A stretch of 64,000 nt of DNA from Minisyncoccia bacterium (GCA_041742965.1 JBGTNQ010000012.1:1379-65378); one strand, 5' to 3'; positions 8,648 to 18,636 are shown, counted from the stretch's first letter. The notes: generated from the letters alone by a model not told the origin. Numbers and translations: made by a program.

Positions 8648-9655
8648 TTATATATTAAATAGTGGGTTAATAATTCCGAGTCCCGCTAGTCCTGCAAGGA
8701 GTGCGAAGAGGCCCAAGCCAATCACGACAATACCCGCGGATTTGAAAAATAAAGAAGCGTGTTTCCCTTGCGCGAATGATGCAGAGCCAAATGAGAGAAG
8801 TAGAAGCATTGGCAATGTCCCAAGGGCGAATGCAAACATAATAAGTAGCCCTGACACAAAAGAACCACTTCCCAATGCTGACACCTGCATTGATTGGGTG
8901 AAACCACACGGCAAGAAAAAGGTAGCGAAGCCGAGAATAAGTGGAGTAAAGGCCTTGTGCTCAATTCTTCTGAAAAAATTGAAAATTCCTGACGGCAGTG
9001 CAATTTTGTTCTTTGCAAAAATTCCGATTAAATTTAAACCGAGAAGTAACATCACGACAGATGCCAGAATCCCCAATATGGCCGTAAAGGTGAAATTAAT
9101 GCCGATCATGCTACCTACCGCCCCAAGAACACCGCCCAACACTGCGAAGCTAACCAACCTTCCTGTATGAAAAAGTAAAAAAGTCCTTGTATCACTCACA
9201 TTGTCTTGCGATATTTTTGCCGACAGCGACAAAACCAACCCTCCTACAATAGCAAGACAGGTTGATACCGAAGCGATGAGACCGATAATAAAACTTGTTA
9301 CCGGTGTTATCTGCCCCCCAATTCCGAAATTTAAGATTCCTGATTTCTGCAAGAGAAAAAACAGAGCAATAAATGTAAGCCCGATTGGTATAGCTTTCCA
9401 AATAACACCTTCGTCTTGATCTTCTTTGATTGATTTTTCAACTGACAATACATAGCCATTTGATTGGATTTTGCTTGAAAGGATTTTTGCCAACTCCTCA
9501 GGGCTTTGTTCACTATCTGTTTCTATTTTTACGGTTTCATTCTTTAAATCGACATGGGTGTTTTTTATAAAACTTTGTTCGTTAAGGGTGTCTTCAATAA
9601 GAATTTTGCATGAAGCACAATGGGTTCCGGAAACATGGAATGTGTATGTTTTCAT
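8648..9655 (-). CDS. Heavy-metal-associated domain fused to DsbD_2/TauE-like membrane domain
   Basis: N-terminal GTHCASC; STCLAIVGG and FLPCGFTQ in the TM region. Confidence 0.85.
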   Translation of the reverse strand: MKTYTFHVSGTHCASCKILIEDTLNEQSFIKNTHVDLKNETVKIETDSEQSPEELAKILSSKIQSNGYVLSVEKSIKEDQDEGVIWKAIPIGLTFIALFFLLQKSGILNFGIGGQITPVTSFIIGLIASVSTCLAIVGGLVLSLSAKISQDNVSDTRTFLLFHTGRLVSFAVLGGVLGAVGSMIGINFTFTAILGILASVVMLLLGLNLIGIFAKNKIALPSGIFNFFRRIEHKAFTPLILGFATFFLPCGFTQSMQVSALGSGSFVSGLLIMFAFALGTLPMLLLLSFGSASFAQGKHASLFFKSAGIVVIGLGLFALLAGLAGLGIINPLFNI

Positions 9656-9666
9656 ATTTATAATTT

Positions 9667-10305
9667 TTATTTATACCAGCTCGTGTACCAACCTTGCATC
9701 TGCTGTATTTCTGCCGTCTGTGATGTCTGAATATCCTTTGCAAGCTGAAGCATCTCGCTACGATTCGTTCCCGATTCAAGCATTCTGGCCATCATAATTG
9801 CCATCTGGTGATGCGGGATCATTTGTTCAATGAATTCTTTGTCGAAATCAGGCGCATTTTTAAGCACATCAATATCCTGAGTGCTTCCCATGTGCATTCC
9901 GCCCTGAGACATCATTCCACCCATTCCAAAGCTGGTACCAACAGGAACACTCTTTCCAAACCAATCGATATACCATGCACGCATTTCCTGATTTTCTGCA
10001 GTCTGAGCTTTGAGGATATCCTCTGCTAGTGTCTTAATCTCCGAACGAGTTGCTTTCTCCAGGGCCAGGTTCGCCATAGCAATTGCTCCATCATGATGCG
10101 GGATCATTTGTTCAATGAAGTGCTTATCGATGGTGGTTGCAACTTGAGTGTTGCCATTTATTCTCTGTTCAGACCCCGAGTTATTTCTCCAGTTCATCAT
10201 TCCGTAACCGCCATATCGCATCATTGGGTAAAACACGACTGCCAATAGAAGACCTATTACGATTCCGCCGATTCCATATAAGATTTTGTTGTTTTGATTG
10301 TTCAT
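9667..10305 (-). CDS. DUF305 (CopM-like) metal-binding protein
   Basis: Two FIEQMIPHH motifs; Met-rich. Confidence 0.88.
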   Translation of the reverse strand: MNNQNNKILYGIGGIVIGLLLAVVFYPMMRYGGYGMMNWRNNSGSEQRINGNTQVATTIDKHFIEQMIPHHDGAIAMANLALEKATRSEIKTLAEDILKAQTAENQEMRAWYIDWFGKSVPVGTSFGMGGMMSQGGMHMGSTQDIDVLKNAPDFDKEFIEQMIPHHQMAIMMARMLESGTNRSEMLQLAKDIQTSQTAEIQQMQGWYTSWYK

Positions 10306-10328
10306 AGTTTTACAGTTAGATTAATAAG

Positions 10329-10529
10329 TTACTCTCCGACATACTTCACAGGATCGGCTGTAAAGTGATTCTTGCAGTGGATAGCGCAAAAGTAGTAGGT
10401 CTTACCTTTGTAATCAGCGCTTGCCTTAATGTTGTCCGCGTCAACTTCCATTCCGCAGACAAGATCAATTGCCACTGTCGGATCAATGAACTTATAGTTT
10501 TTGTTACCCTTAGATTTTTTTGTTTGCAT
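10329..10529 (-). CDS. YHS-domain protein
   Basis: DLVCGMEV...YKGKTYYFCAIHC...P.KY. Confidence 0.88.
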   Translation of the reverse strand: MQTKKSKGNKNYKFIDPTVAIDLVCGMEVDADNIKASADYKGKTYYFCAIHCKNHFTADPVKYVGE

Positions 10530-10960
10530 ATGTTTATGAGATTAAAGATAGTAAAATAAATCTCATGCAAAGACGGACTATTTTCAAATAACGAAAGCCA
10601 ACGAGTAATTTTCCGAGGACAGCTAAGTTGACGTTCAGGATCATGCCGGACTCGCCACAATATATAATTCACTAAAGAATCGGGTTGTTTTATATAAAGA
10701 AACCCTTCGCTTAAAAATACAGCGAACAGAATGGCAAGCAGGAAGATAAAAGGAATTGATGGGACCACGCTGAAGAATGAGATGAATGCCTGGATGTGAT
10801 GGACCGACATCGCTGTAATGTTTTCCGAACATGGCGTATTGTTTACATCTGAAGCAATACAACCAACCGCATGACTGACCCTGTGATTCATTGAGGTAAA
10901 GCCAAACACCCCTATTACTAGGACGCTTGCAATTATTAGTAATGAGAGGAGTTTTTTCAT
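10346..10960 (-). CDS. Hypothetical membrane protein of the copper cluster (homologous part probably ends near 10570)
   Basis: Start abuts the copA stop; TM helices with Cys/His; tail overlaps the YHS gene by about 180 nt. Confidence 0.55.
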   Translation of the reverse strand: MKKLLSLLIIASVLVIGVFGFTSMNHRVSHAVGCIASDVNNTPCSENITAMSVHHIQAFISFFSVVPSIPFIFLLAILFAVFLSEGFLYIKQPDSLVNYILWRVRHDPERQLSCPRKITRWLSLFENSPSLHEIYFTIFNLINICKQKNLRVTKTISSLIRQWQLILSAEWKLTRTTLRQALITKVRPTTFALSTARITLQPIL

Positions 10961-13254
10961 TATAATTTTTTAGCCTTAATGCGAAGTGAATTCGATACCA
11001 CTGACACAGAGGACATCGCCATGGCAAAACCGGCAAAGACCGGGTTCAAGAGCCAACCAAATAGTGGATAAAATACACCCGCAGCAAGTGGAATACCTAC
11101 AATATTATAGATGAATGCCCAAAAAAGATTTTGTCTGATTCCTCGCATGGTGATCTTGGACAGCTTGATTGCTTTAACAAGTTTTGAAATATCTCCTCCA
11201 AGAAGAGTAATCCCCGCCGACTCAATCGCCACATCTGTACCAGTGCCCATAGCAATTCCCACATCAGCTTGAGCAAGTGCTGGAGCATCGTTTACACCGT
11301 CGCCGGCCATCGCAACTACGCGACCCTGTGACTGAAGCTCTTTTATCTTTTCAAGCTTATCCTGTGGCAAAACATGAGCCACAACATCATCGATACCCAC
11401 AAGAGATCCGATATGTCTTGCCGTCTTCTCGTCGTCTCCAGTGAGCATTACTACTTTGATGCCAAGTGCGTGAAGCTTCTTAATCGCCTCTGCTGACTCT
11501 GGCTTAATTTCATCTGCCACCATCACAAAGCCGAGCACTTTTTCTTTTGTTGCGAGAATGACAGGTGTCTTTCCTTGAGAAGTAAATTCATTGAGCTTAA
11601 GTGCATCAAACGAAATCTGGAGATCGCTGATGAGCTTTGCGTTGCCAACAAAGTATTCAACACCTTTGACTTTCCCTTTGAGACCCTTACCTTGTATCCC
11701 TTCGAAGTCTGTAATGTCAGATACAGAAATGTTTTTTTCTTCTGCATAGTTTACGATTGCATGCGCGATTGGGTGCTCAGATTTCTTTTCGAGCGAAGCG
11801 AGTATTGAAATGAGATCATCGTCACTTAATGTCGAAAAATTTTGTATATCAACGAGCGTTGGTTTTCCTTTGGTTATTGTCCCTGTCTTATCGACCACCA
11901 CTGTATTTACTTTATGAAGTTTTTCGAGAGTAGCGGCGTCCTTAATGAGAATACCTTCTTTTGCACCCTTGCCTACCCCTACAATGATTGCCGTGGGTGT
12001 GGCGAGTCCGAGAGCACACGGACAAGCGATCACAAGAATGCCGACAAATGAGACGAGGCCAAAAGACAAGGCTTGAGAGAATTCTAGATATTGTGAACCT
12101 ATAATGAGCCACGCACCTAGAGTAAGAAAAGCGAGCAAAAGAACTAGGGGCACAAAGACTGCGGATATTTTATCCACCAATGCCTGAATGGGCGCTTTGC
12201 TACCTTGCGCATCTTCAACCATTTTTATAATTTGAGCGAGGAGTGTTTCTCCGCCAACTTTTGTAGCTTTAAATGTAAAAGAACCGCTTGTGTTTATTGT
12301 CCCAGACACAACACTGTCTCCGATCTTTTTCTGTGCTGGCATTGGCTCTCCTGTAACCATTGATTCATCTACAAACGAACTTCCCTCTGTTATCACGCCG
12401 TCCACCGGAATCTTTGACCCTGGTTTAATAATAATCAAATCCCCATGCTTTACGTCATTTACTGAAACTTCTACTTCTTTTCCATCACGAATAACTAAAG
12501 CTGTTTTCGCTTGGAGATTGAGAAGTTTCTCAATGGCATCACCTGTTTTTATTTTTGATCGAGCTTCAAGATACTTACCAAGTGCAATAAAGGTAATAAC
12601 CACAATTGTCACATCATAGTATTGATACTCAACATTTATAAACGGGCGGAGCACATCCTCAAATGCACTGACTGCAAAACTGTATGAAAAGGCAGTAAGG
12701 GTACCAATACCAATAAGCGTATCCATGTTTGCCTTGCCGTATCGAAGAAATCTGTAAAAACCAAGTAGGTACGGCTTACCAACAACAAATAAAATGTATG
12801 TAGCGAGTATGGGCAGAAGATGGTGAAAAAATTCTTCAAGCGTTGAGCTCATCATCGGGACAATGCTGTACTTAGACAAAATCTCCCAAACCATAACCAA
12901 GCCCGATAAAATGGCAATGGGAATAGCCGAGATTACTTTAATCCGCATATCGGCTACTTCAGCCAGTTTCTCTTTCTTTGACTGATTGAGTCCTAAATGA
13001 GCCGAGTGCTCACTAGGAGACATGCCCATCTCTTCGGCTGTAGCAGGAATATCCAACGAATACCCAAGAGGTTCAATATGTTTTGATAAGTCATACGGAT
13101 TTGTTTTTGAAGGATCGAATGAAACTTTGGCCTTTTCTGTACCGTAATTGGCTTCTACAGAATGCACACCTTCAACCTTCTTTAGTGTCTTTTCAATAAC
13201 TGCAGAACATGAGGCACAATGCATTCCTTTTATGTTGTAGGTCTGTGTGTGCAT
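10960..13254 (-). CDS. copA: Copper-translocating P1B-type ATPase
   Basis: GMHCASC metal-binding domain, TGE, CPC, DKTGT, HP, GDGVNDAP, YN and MxxSS motifs. Confidence 0.95.
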   Translation of the reverse strand: MHTQTYNIKGMHCASCSAVIEKTLKKVEGVHSVEANYGTEKAKVSFDPSKTNPYDLSKHIEPLGYSLDIPATAEEMGMSPSEHSAHLGLNQSKKEKLAEVADMRIKVISAIPIAILSGLVMVWEILSKYSIVPMMSSTLEEFFHHLLPILATYILFVVGKPYLLGFYRFLRYGKANMDTLIGIGTLTAFSYSFAVSAFEDVLRPFINVEYQYYDVTIVVITFIALGKYLEARSKIKTGDAIEKLLNLQAKTALVIRDGKEVEVSVNDVKHGDLIIIKPGSKIPVDGVITEGSSFVDESMVTGEPMPAQKKIGDSVVSGTINTSGSFTFKATKVGGETLLAQIIKMVEDAQGSKAPIQALVDKISAVFVPLVLLLAFLTLGAWLIIGSQYLEFSQALSFGLVSFVGILVIACPCALGLATPTAIIVGVGKGAKEGILIKDAATLEKLHKVNTVVVDKTGTITKGKPTLVDIQNFSTLSDDDLISILASLEKKSEHPIAHAIVNYAEEKNISVSDITDFEGIQGKGLKGKVKGVEYFVGNAKLISDLQISFDALKLNEFTSQGKTPVILATKEKVLGFVMVADEIKPESAEAIKKLHALGIKVVMLTGDDEKTARHIGSLVGIDDVVAHVLPQDKLEKIKELQSQGRVVAMAGDGVNDAPALAQADVGIAMGTGTDVAIESAGITLLGGDISKLVKAIKLSKITMRGIRQNLFWAFIYNIVGIPLAAGVFYPLFGWLLNPVFAGFAMAMSSVSVVSNSLRIKAKKL

Positions 13255-13255
13255 A

Positions 13256-13531
13256 TTATTTTCTCTTTAGTTTATAAACCTTCAAAATTTCTTGCGTAGC
13301 TTTTTCGGTCCGACCAGATTTCATTTGGCCCAAAATACATCCACCAAGATGGTTTTCGAGCAATAAATCTTCGACATTAGAAAGTCCTTGTTTAACCGCA
13401 GAAGTCTGTGTGATAACGTCTATGCAATATGTATCATTTTCTATCATCTTTTGTAGACCCCGAACCTGACCCTCAATAAGCTTAAGACGGCGAATAATTT
13501 TGCCTTTATTTTTATCTTCTATGTATTTCAT
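13256..13531 (-). CDS. csoR: CsoR-family metal-sensing repressor
   Basis: RLKLIEGQVRGL...YCIDVITQ...HLGGC (C-H-C ligand set). Confidence 0.9.
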   Translation of the reverse strand: MKYIEDKNKGKIIRRLKLIEGQVRGLQKMIENDTYCIDVITQTSAVKQGLSNVEDLLLENHLGGCILGQMKSGRTEKATQEILKVYKLKRK

Positions 13532-13542
13532 ATACAGCCATT

Positions 13543-13564
13543 ATATACCCCCTAGGGGGTATAT
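13543..13564. promoter_or_regulatory. CsoR operator, perfect 22-bp palindrome ATATACCCCCTAGGGGGTATAT between -35 TTGCAT and -10 TATAAT
   Basis: C/G-tract palindrome typical of CsoR operators; fills the 17-nt promoter spacer upstream of csoR. Confidence 0.85.
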
Positions 13565-13610
13565 GCAAGTGTGGATAAAAAAGACCCCAGCGACAAAACC
13601 ATCCCTCATA

Positions 13611-13862
13611 TCAGGAATTATTTATAAGTTCCAATTTCTTTTCTCTTTTCCAACTTTTTATTTCCACCTCTCTCGCCCTCGCTTCCTTTAGGGTTTTAAA
13701 CTCTTCTTTATATTTCAGAACAACGGGGCGTCTAATCTTCGTATAATGTGCGCCAGATTTTGAATTGTTGTGTTGCAACAACCTTCGTTCAAGATTGTTT
13801 GTAGAACCAATATATAGAGATTTATCTGCACACTCGAGGATGTAGAGAAAATACATACTCAT
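13611..13862 (-). CDS. Small GIY-YIG nuclease (UPF0213/YhbQ-like)
   Basis: YFLYILEC.D.SLYIGSTNNLERR..QHN...GAHYT..RRPV motif. Confidence 0.9.
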   Translation of the reverse strand: MSMYFLYILECADKSLYIGSTNNLERRLLQHNNSKSGAHYTKIRRPVVLKYKEEFKTLKEARAREVEIKSWKREKKLELINNS

Positions 13863-13945
13863 ATAATACTACGTCGTCACCCCTCGCTTCGCTCGGGATG
13901 GTTAAAATATAAAACACTTAGGATAAGCATTAAGATTTTATACCA

Positions 13946-14113
13946 GCTGCCGGACTTGGACCGTGAGTACACTATCGGTCACAAGTTCTGGCTTACTATC
14001 CAGACTCGCGACCCCGTCTCGTCCGCCCAAGGCGGACTGCGACTTTCGATTCCAATCTCGGCTAGAAATGATGCTTCGCGCAGACTGCATTTAGCAGTCT
14101 TTGCGAATCATTG
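13946..14113 (-). mobile_element. Target-duplicating structured element after tRNA-Gln
   Basis: Inverted tRNA 3' copy, core AGTCGCAG..CGAGACGGGGTCG..TGTGACC, then duplicated tRNA 3' end (13946..13960). Confidence 0.75.
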
Positions 14114-14184
14114 CTGCCGGACTTGGAATCGAACCAAGATACACAGCTTCAAAGGCTGTTGTCCTACCTTTAGACGATCCGGCA
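14114..14184 (-). tRNA. tRNA-Gln(TTG)
   Basis: Cloverleaf with acceptor TGCCGGA/TCCGGCA, anticodon loop CTTTGAA, T-loop TTCGATT. Confidence 0.93.
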
Positions 14185-14320
14185 AAATACTAACTAGCTG
14201 TTAGCTTATAGCTTAAAGCTTTTAGCTTAGAAAGCGGAAAAGATTCAAAAACAACAGCTGACATCATACAACTTACAATAAAATTGACAGAAATGGAAAC
14301 TTTTAGGCGCACTGAGAATT

Positions 14321-15382
14321 CTAGGCGTTGGTTGATAGAATTTTTATTAAAGCGAGCTCAACAGGGAGCTCCGGAATGTGAGACCTGCCACACTCTCCAT
14401 ACGCGCCCAAAAGCTCAGAAAGAGAAGATGAGCTAATACCCTGTTTTTCTTTTTTTGAAAGATCACTAAGAAAAGAGAAATCTTCTTCAGAGACCTTTTC
14501 CTTTATGGGCTTTTCCATATCTTTCGCAAATTTGAGTAATAAAACAAAACGCATTTTTTGTAGTGCTAATCTCAAAAAAACTTTCGTATCACTATTCCCT
14601 TCTAGGGCCTTGTGCAAAGCGCCAAGAGAGGCGGATACATCTGAGGAAGAAACGGCGCTCACGAAATCATTGATAATGCTATTTCTAGGAGCACCGGTTA
14701 TTTTTTCTACTTCCTCAAGAGAAATCTTTTTATCAGAAGAAAAACTCAAAACTTTTTGAAGCATTCCTTGTGTATCACGAAAGGAGCCGTCTCCTAAGAT
14801 GGCAATAAGCTCTGCGCCAGCGTTGTCTATTGAATACCCTTCAGCTTTTGTAATGGATACAACCATATCTCTCAAAATACTTTCTGTAGGCTTCTTGAAT
14901 TGAAATACCTGACATCGAGAAACTACAGTTTCGGGGAGCTTATCTGTCTCTGTGGTTGCAAGAATGAAAACAGCGTGCTTTGGTGGTTCCTCTAATGTTT
15001 TTAAAAGAGCATTGAAAGCGGACTTAGAGAGCATGTGCGCTTCATCCAAAATATATACCTTATATGGAGACTCGAATGGTAGGGTCAGGACAGACTCATT
15101 CAAGTCTCGCATATTGTCTACTCCTGTATTTGATGCGGCGTCTATTTCATATAAATCATTTGCGGAACAGCCAATTTCGCGAGCAAATATACGAGCTACA
15201 GAAGTCTTGCCTGTTCCCCGAGAACCTGCAAAAAGATATGCGTGTGCTATCGAGCCGTTTTTTATTGAAGATTCTAATACGGAAACAACATGGTCTTGAC
15301 CGACAACGTCTTTGAATTTTTGTGGGCGATATTTTCTATACAGTGCGGTTTCTTGAGTAGAATTGTCCCGAGAAGATTTCAT
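14321..15382 (-). CDS. dnaX: DNA polymerase III subunit gamma/tau
   Basis: ALYRKYRP, GSRGTGKT, EIDAAS, DEAHML, NALLKTLEEPP, SRCQ; start placed at MKSSRD after a TATAAT. Confidence 0.95.
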   Translation of the reverse strand: MKSSRDNSTQETALYRKYRPQKFKDVVGQDHVVSVLESSIKNGSIAHAYLFAGSRGTGKTSVARIFAREIGCSANDLYEIDAASNTGVDNMRDLNESVLTLPFESPYKVYILDEAHMLSKSAFNALLKTLEEPPKHAVFILATTETDKLPETVVSRCQVFQFKKPTESILRDMVVSITKAEGYSIDNAGAELIAILGDGSFRDTQGMLQKVLSFSSDKKISLEEVEKITGAPRNSIINDFVSAVSSSDVSASLGALHKALEGNSDTKVFLRLALQKMRFVLLLKFAKDMEKPIKEKVSEEDFSFLSDLSKKEKQGISSSSLSELLGAYGECGRSHIPELPVELALIKILSTNA

Positions 15383-15464
15383 ATAGGAAGGATTATATAA
15401 CAGAAGACGAATAAGGAAAAATGAAAATTGAAAAAAGAAAGATGAAAGAGAAGGGAAAAACAAC

Positions 15465-15496
15465 AGGCGGGGTTGCGCAATGCGCAAACCCCGCCT
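15465..15496 (-). terminator. Rho-independent terminator of 15516..16157
   Basis: AGGCGGGGTTGCGCA/TGCGCAAACCCCGCCT hairpin with T-rich run on the minus strand. Confidence 0.65.
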
Positions 15497-15515
15497 TTGA
15501 TCCCGTGAGGGACCC

Positions 15516-16157
15516 CTACGGTCTAACAGTCACAAACATCCCAGCCTGAAGCCTGCCCATGGTCGGATGGACCGCCTCGGTCTCCGCCATGATTTGAATG
15601 GGCGAATTCGCTCCAGCGGGATTGACGGACCACGCGGTGATCTCGCAAGTCACCGGATTTACCGTGGCGACCGCTGCATTTGTGGAGAAGCAGCGATACC
15701 CAACCGAGATCCCTTCATCCGCAGTAACCTTCACCACCGGAGTGAACTTCTGTCCGACTCGCAAGTCCAGACTGGTCGGGGTGATAGTGATGCCCCTCAA
15801 CTGCGGGCGATTCACCACCACTACCACGACAGTGTCCTTCTTTGCCGGATCGGCGCGCGAGGTGCCAGAAACCCGACCCTTGCCGAGACCAACACCGGTC
15901 ACGAGACCGGTGGAGGAGACCTGAAGCACGCTCGGATTGAGCGAACTCCAGATGACATCCTTGTCAGTAGTGCCAGTGACGACAGCAATGAGCTGAACCG
16001 ATTCGTCCTGATAAATCTGTGACGAGTCAGGCGACAACCTGATGGTGACCGTGGGCTTTGACGGCCCAGTGGGGTCACCGTGGTCATCACAATCGTGCCA
16101 TCTCGTGCACCCCGCGAGGGTGACGAAGAAAAGCAAGAAAACGGTGCGAGCGAGCAT
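15516..16157 (-). CDS. Lipoprotein-like protein with two Ig-like (Big_2) domains
   Basis: LAGC lipobox; WSS.NPSV..VSSTGLVTG and STNAAVATV repeats; GC-richer, with own promoter and SD. Confidence 0.75.
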   Translation of the reverse strand: MLARTVFLLFFVTLAGCTRWHDCDDHGDPTGPSKPTVTIRLSPDSSQIYQDESVQLIAVVTGTTDKDVIWSSLNPSVLQVSSTGLVTGVGLGKGRVSGTSRADPAKKDTVVVVVVNRPQLRGITITPTSLDLRVGQKFTPVVKVTADEGISVGYRCFSTNAAVATVNPVTCEITAWSVNPAGANSPIQIMAETEAVHPTMGRLQAGMFVTVRP

Positions 16158-16462
16158 CGTGCCCTCCTGGGGCTGAATGATTTGACTGAATATGTTACAG
16201 AGCTTTCTTGCCGGACACTACCATTTTAAATGTAAAAAGTCAAGAATATTTATAGCTAGTTAAGGTAGAGGTCTCAGACCTCTAGAAAACCCATAAATGA
16301 GGCTCTTTCATAAAGCCTCCCGCAAATATTACAACATTTCAATGCGGTCACTCGCGAGCGACAAGTTTAAAATTTTTTAAATTAAAATAGGCAAACGAAA
16401 AGGCGGCTGCTATTGAGAGCAAACCGCCTCTCTCATTTTTGATTGGTCCTGCGGGAGGGAGA

Positions 16463-16681
16463 CTACTCGAAACTTCGGTAAAAGTCGCGCAGAGGAACGT
16501 TCCTACCACACCCAGTCAATGGATTGATCTGGTGTGGCGATTGGAAACCGTGATGGTTGGCCGTGCTGTGTGGGTGAACGGAATCAGCTTCGACAATCGG
16601 ATCAGTTTGATCCCCACTGCCGATCAATCCAGACTCGACCATCATTTCGGTGAGTCCATCACACTGAGCATCGCTTAACAT
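16463..16681 (-). CDS. Small hypothetical protein (GC-richer orphan)
   Basis: TTGACT-N16-TAATAT promoter, AAGGAAGG upstream, hairpin at 16398..16429 downstream. Confidence 0.45.
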   Translation of the reverse strand: MLSDAQCDGLTEMMVESGLIGSGDQTDPIVEADSVHPHSTANHHGFQSPHQINPLTGCGRNVPLRDFYRSFE

Positions 16682-16789
16682 CTAGACACCATACCTTCCT
16701 TGTTACGGGTAAAAATAATACTACGGGGGAACTACTTCTATTTTGATATTACAAATATGGAGAAGAAAGTCAACATCATAGTAAGTTTA

Positions 16790-17875
16790 TTATGCCTTTT
16801 CCACCCTTACTAAAAACTCATTCACAATAGATTCCACTTCCCTAACATTTTCTGCCTCCATAAGTTTAGTTCGAAGCTCGTGAGCTCCACTGAAACTAAA
16901 AACATCCGACTTCGCCAAAGCTACGCCAGACAAGTACGATTTGAAATGCTTCTTCATCAAAGCAAAACTTTTTGTATCACCCAAAAGCTCCTCAAAAAGT
17001 TTTGTATGCTCTACTAAGACGCGGAGTTTTTCTTTAAGAGAAGGGGTGTATACTTCGACTCGCTTCACTCGCTCAGTATGCTCAATCTGGCTATCGCGAT
17101 TCTCGCGAGCCAAATTGGCAAACAAAAACGGATTGCCGAAAATAGCTCGTCCAAGCATAACCCCATCGGCACCGCTCTCTTTTCCTTTTTTTATTGCATC
17201 TTCAACATCTAAAATATCACCATTGCCGAATATAAGAGTTTTTGATTTTAAACTGTCTCGAATTTCTACAGCACGACGAACCTCTTCCCACCTCGCTGGA
17301 ACCTTAGACATTTCTTTTCTAGTTCTAGCATGAATGGTCACAACAGATGGTTCTTCTGCAAGAAGCTCTGGTAACCAAGTATCGAGCTCGTCTTTGTTAT
17401 ATCCGATACGAGTCTTCACAGATACAGGTAGATCCCCCGCACCCTCTTTGGCAGAACGGAGTACTTCACGAGCCCGCTTATAGTCCTTCATCATACTTGC
17501 CCCAGCTCCCTGCTTTTCAATACTTTTGTCAGGACAGCCCATATTTATATCTATGCCATCAAAACCAAGCTCTCTACAAAGTACACTGGCTTTTTTCATA
17601 TATTCTGGATTTCCAGAAAAAAGTTGGGCTACTATGGGGCGTTCCTCTTCTGAATACATGAGGTCCTTCAAAAGCTTCTTCTTGCCATCTTCGGTGGCAC
17701 GGATAAGACCATCAGCTGACACGAACTCAGTCCACATCGCATCTGGCTTACCATACTTTGCTATGACATGACGAAAAGAAGCATCTGTGACATCTGCCAT
17801 GGGGGCGAGGACAATAATGGGTCGGTTCTCTTTTATGCTCGACTCTTTAAGTTTTTTCCAAAATCCAAGATTCAT
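16790..17875 (-). CDS. tRNA-dihydrouridine synthase (Dus family)
   Basis: LAPMADVTD, DINMGCP, VSVKTRIG, IHARTR, GNGDI, GVMLGR motifs. Confidence 0.93.
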   Translation of the reverse strand: MNLGFWKKLKESSIKENRPIIVLAPMADVTDASFRHVIAKYGKPDAMWTEFVSADGLIRATEDGKKKLLKDLMYSEEERPIVAQLFSGNPEYMKKASVLCRELGFDGIDINMGCPDKSIEKQGAGASMMKDYKRAREVLRSAKEGAGDLPVSVKTRIGYNKDELDTWLPELLAEEPSVVTIHARTRKEMSKVPARWEEVRRAVEIRDSLKSKTLIFGNGDILDVEDAIKKGKESGADGVMLGRAIFGNPFLFANLARENRDSQIEHTERVKRVEVYTPSLKEKLRVLVEHTKLFEELLGDTKSFALMKKHFKSYLSGVALAKSDVFSFSGAHELRTKLMEAENVREVESIVNEFLVRVEKA

Positions 17876-18060
17876 AATTATTATTTAAGCACACACAATA
17901 TCACAATTGTATTCACCCCGTAGTAGATTTTGTTCCTGAGTACAAAATTCACTACAGGGTTGACCTTGTGTAAAGAGGAGTATAGACTTTTATATGGACC
18001 TCTTTATAGAGGAGTTTACGTTCCATCAATACCCACCATTTACCCGCCCGGAGGATTCAC

Positions 18061-18636
18061 ATGCACAAACAGCAAGTCCGCGCCTTGGACAGGGTCGCGG
18101 AGGTCATCTGGCAGAATGGGCTGTCCAAGAACAGCTATCTCTCTCTGGAGAGCATCGTGCTGGTACTCACCTTCATCAGCAAGAGAGACGATACCGGCCA
18201 CATCAGGCAGTTAAACTTCCTGGAATGGTCAATTCTGCTCGAAAGCACCCGGCAGTTGTCTGGCTACGGCAAGTACAACTGGAGAATGCTTTATCTCCTG
18301 GTCTTGAGGATTGGAATCCGTGATTTCCTTTCTCAAGAACCGGCTGGTGGCCTCGAACGCTGTCGGAAAATAGACTGGCTCTCAAGCCTGTCTAGGGAAC
18401 TTTCTCCTCAAGGATTTCTTCGGGAGAATCTCCTGCCCGACAACAGCGGTGAGTTCACAGAAGTTGTGGTCCCACTTCTCGACGTTCTACACCAGAGCGC
18501 CGAAGTGCTGGATGCCAGTCGCCATCTCAAGACGCGAATCATCCGCGCCAAGAAGATGAGACCGACTGCAAGGGTGCGAAAAATCAGATCCTGGTTTGTC
18601 CGCGAAGAACACTGGATGATGGTAGCACATGCCTAG
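18061..18636 (+). CDS. Hypothetical protein (GC-richer orphan)
   Basis: TTGACC-N17-TAGACT at 17960, SD GGAGG, terminator at 18674..18709. Confidence 0.65.
   Translation: MHKQQVRALDRVAEVIWQNGLSKNSYLSLESIVLVLTFISKRDDTGHIRQLNFLEWSILLESTRQLSGYGKYNWRMLYLLVLRIGIRDFLSQEPAGGLERCRKIDWLSSLSRELSPQGFLRENLLPDNSGEFTEVVVPLLDVLHQSAEVLDASRHLKTRIIRAKKMRPTARVRKIRSWFVREEHWMMVAHA

Noticed and set aside
13956-14204. ORFs overlapping tRNAs and elements (also 27030..27221, 43613..43894, 44420..44839)
   Set aside because: They overlap tRNAs or structured repeats and are chance open frames in GC-rich non-coding DNA.
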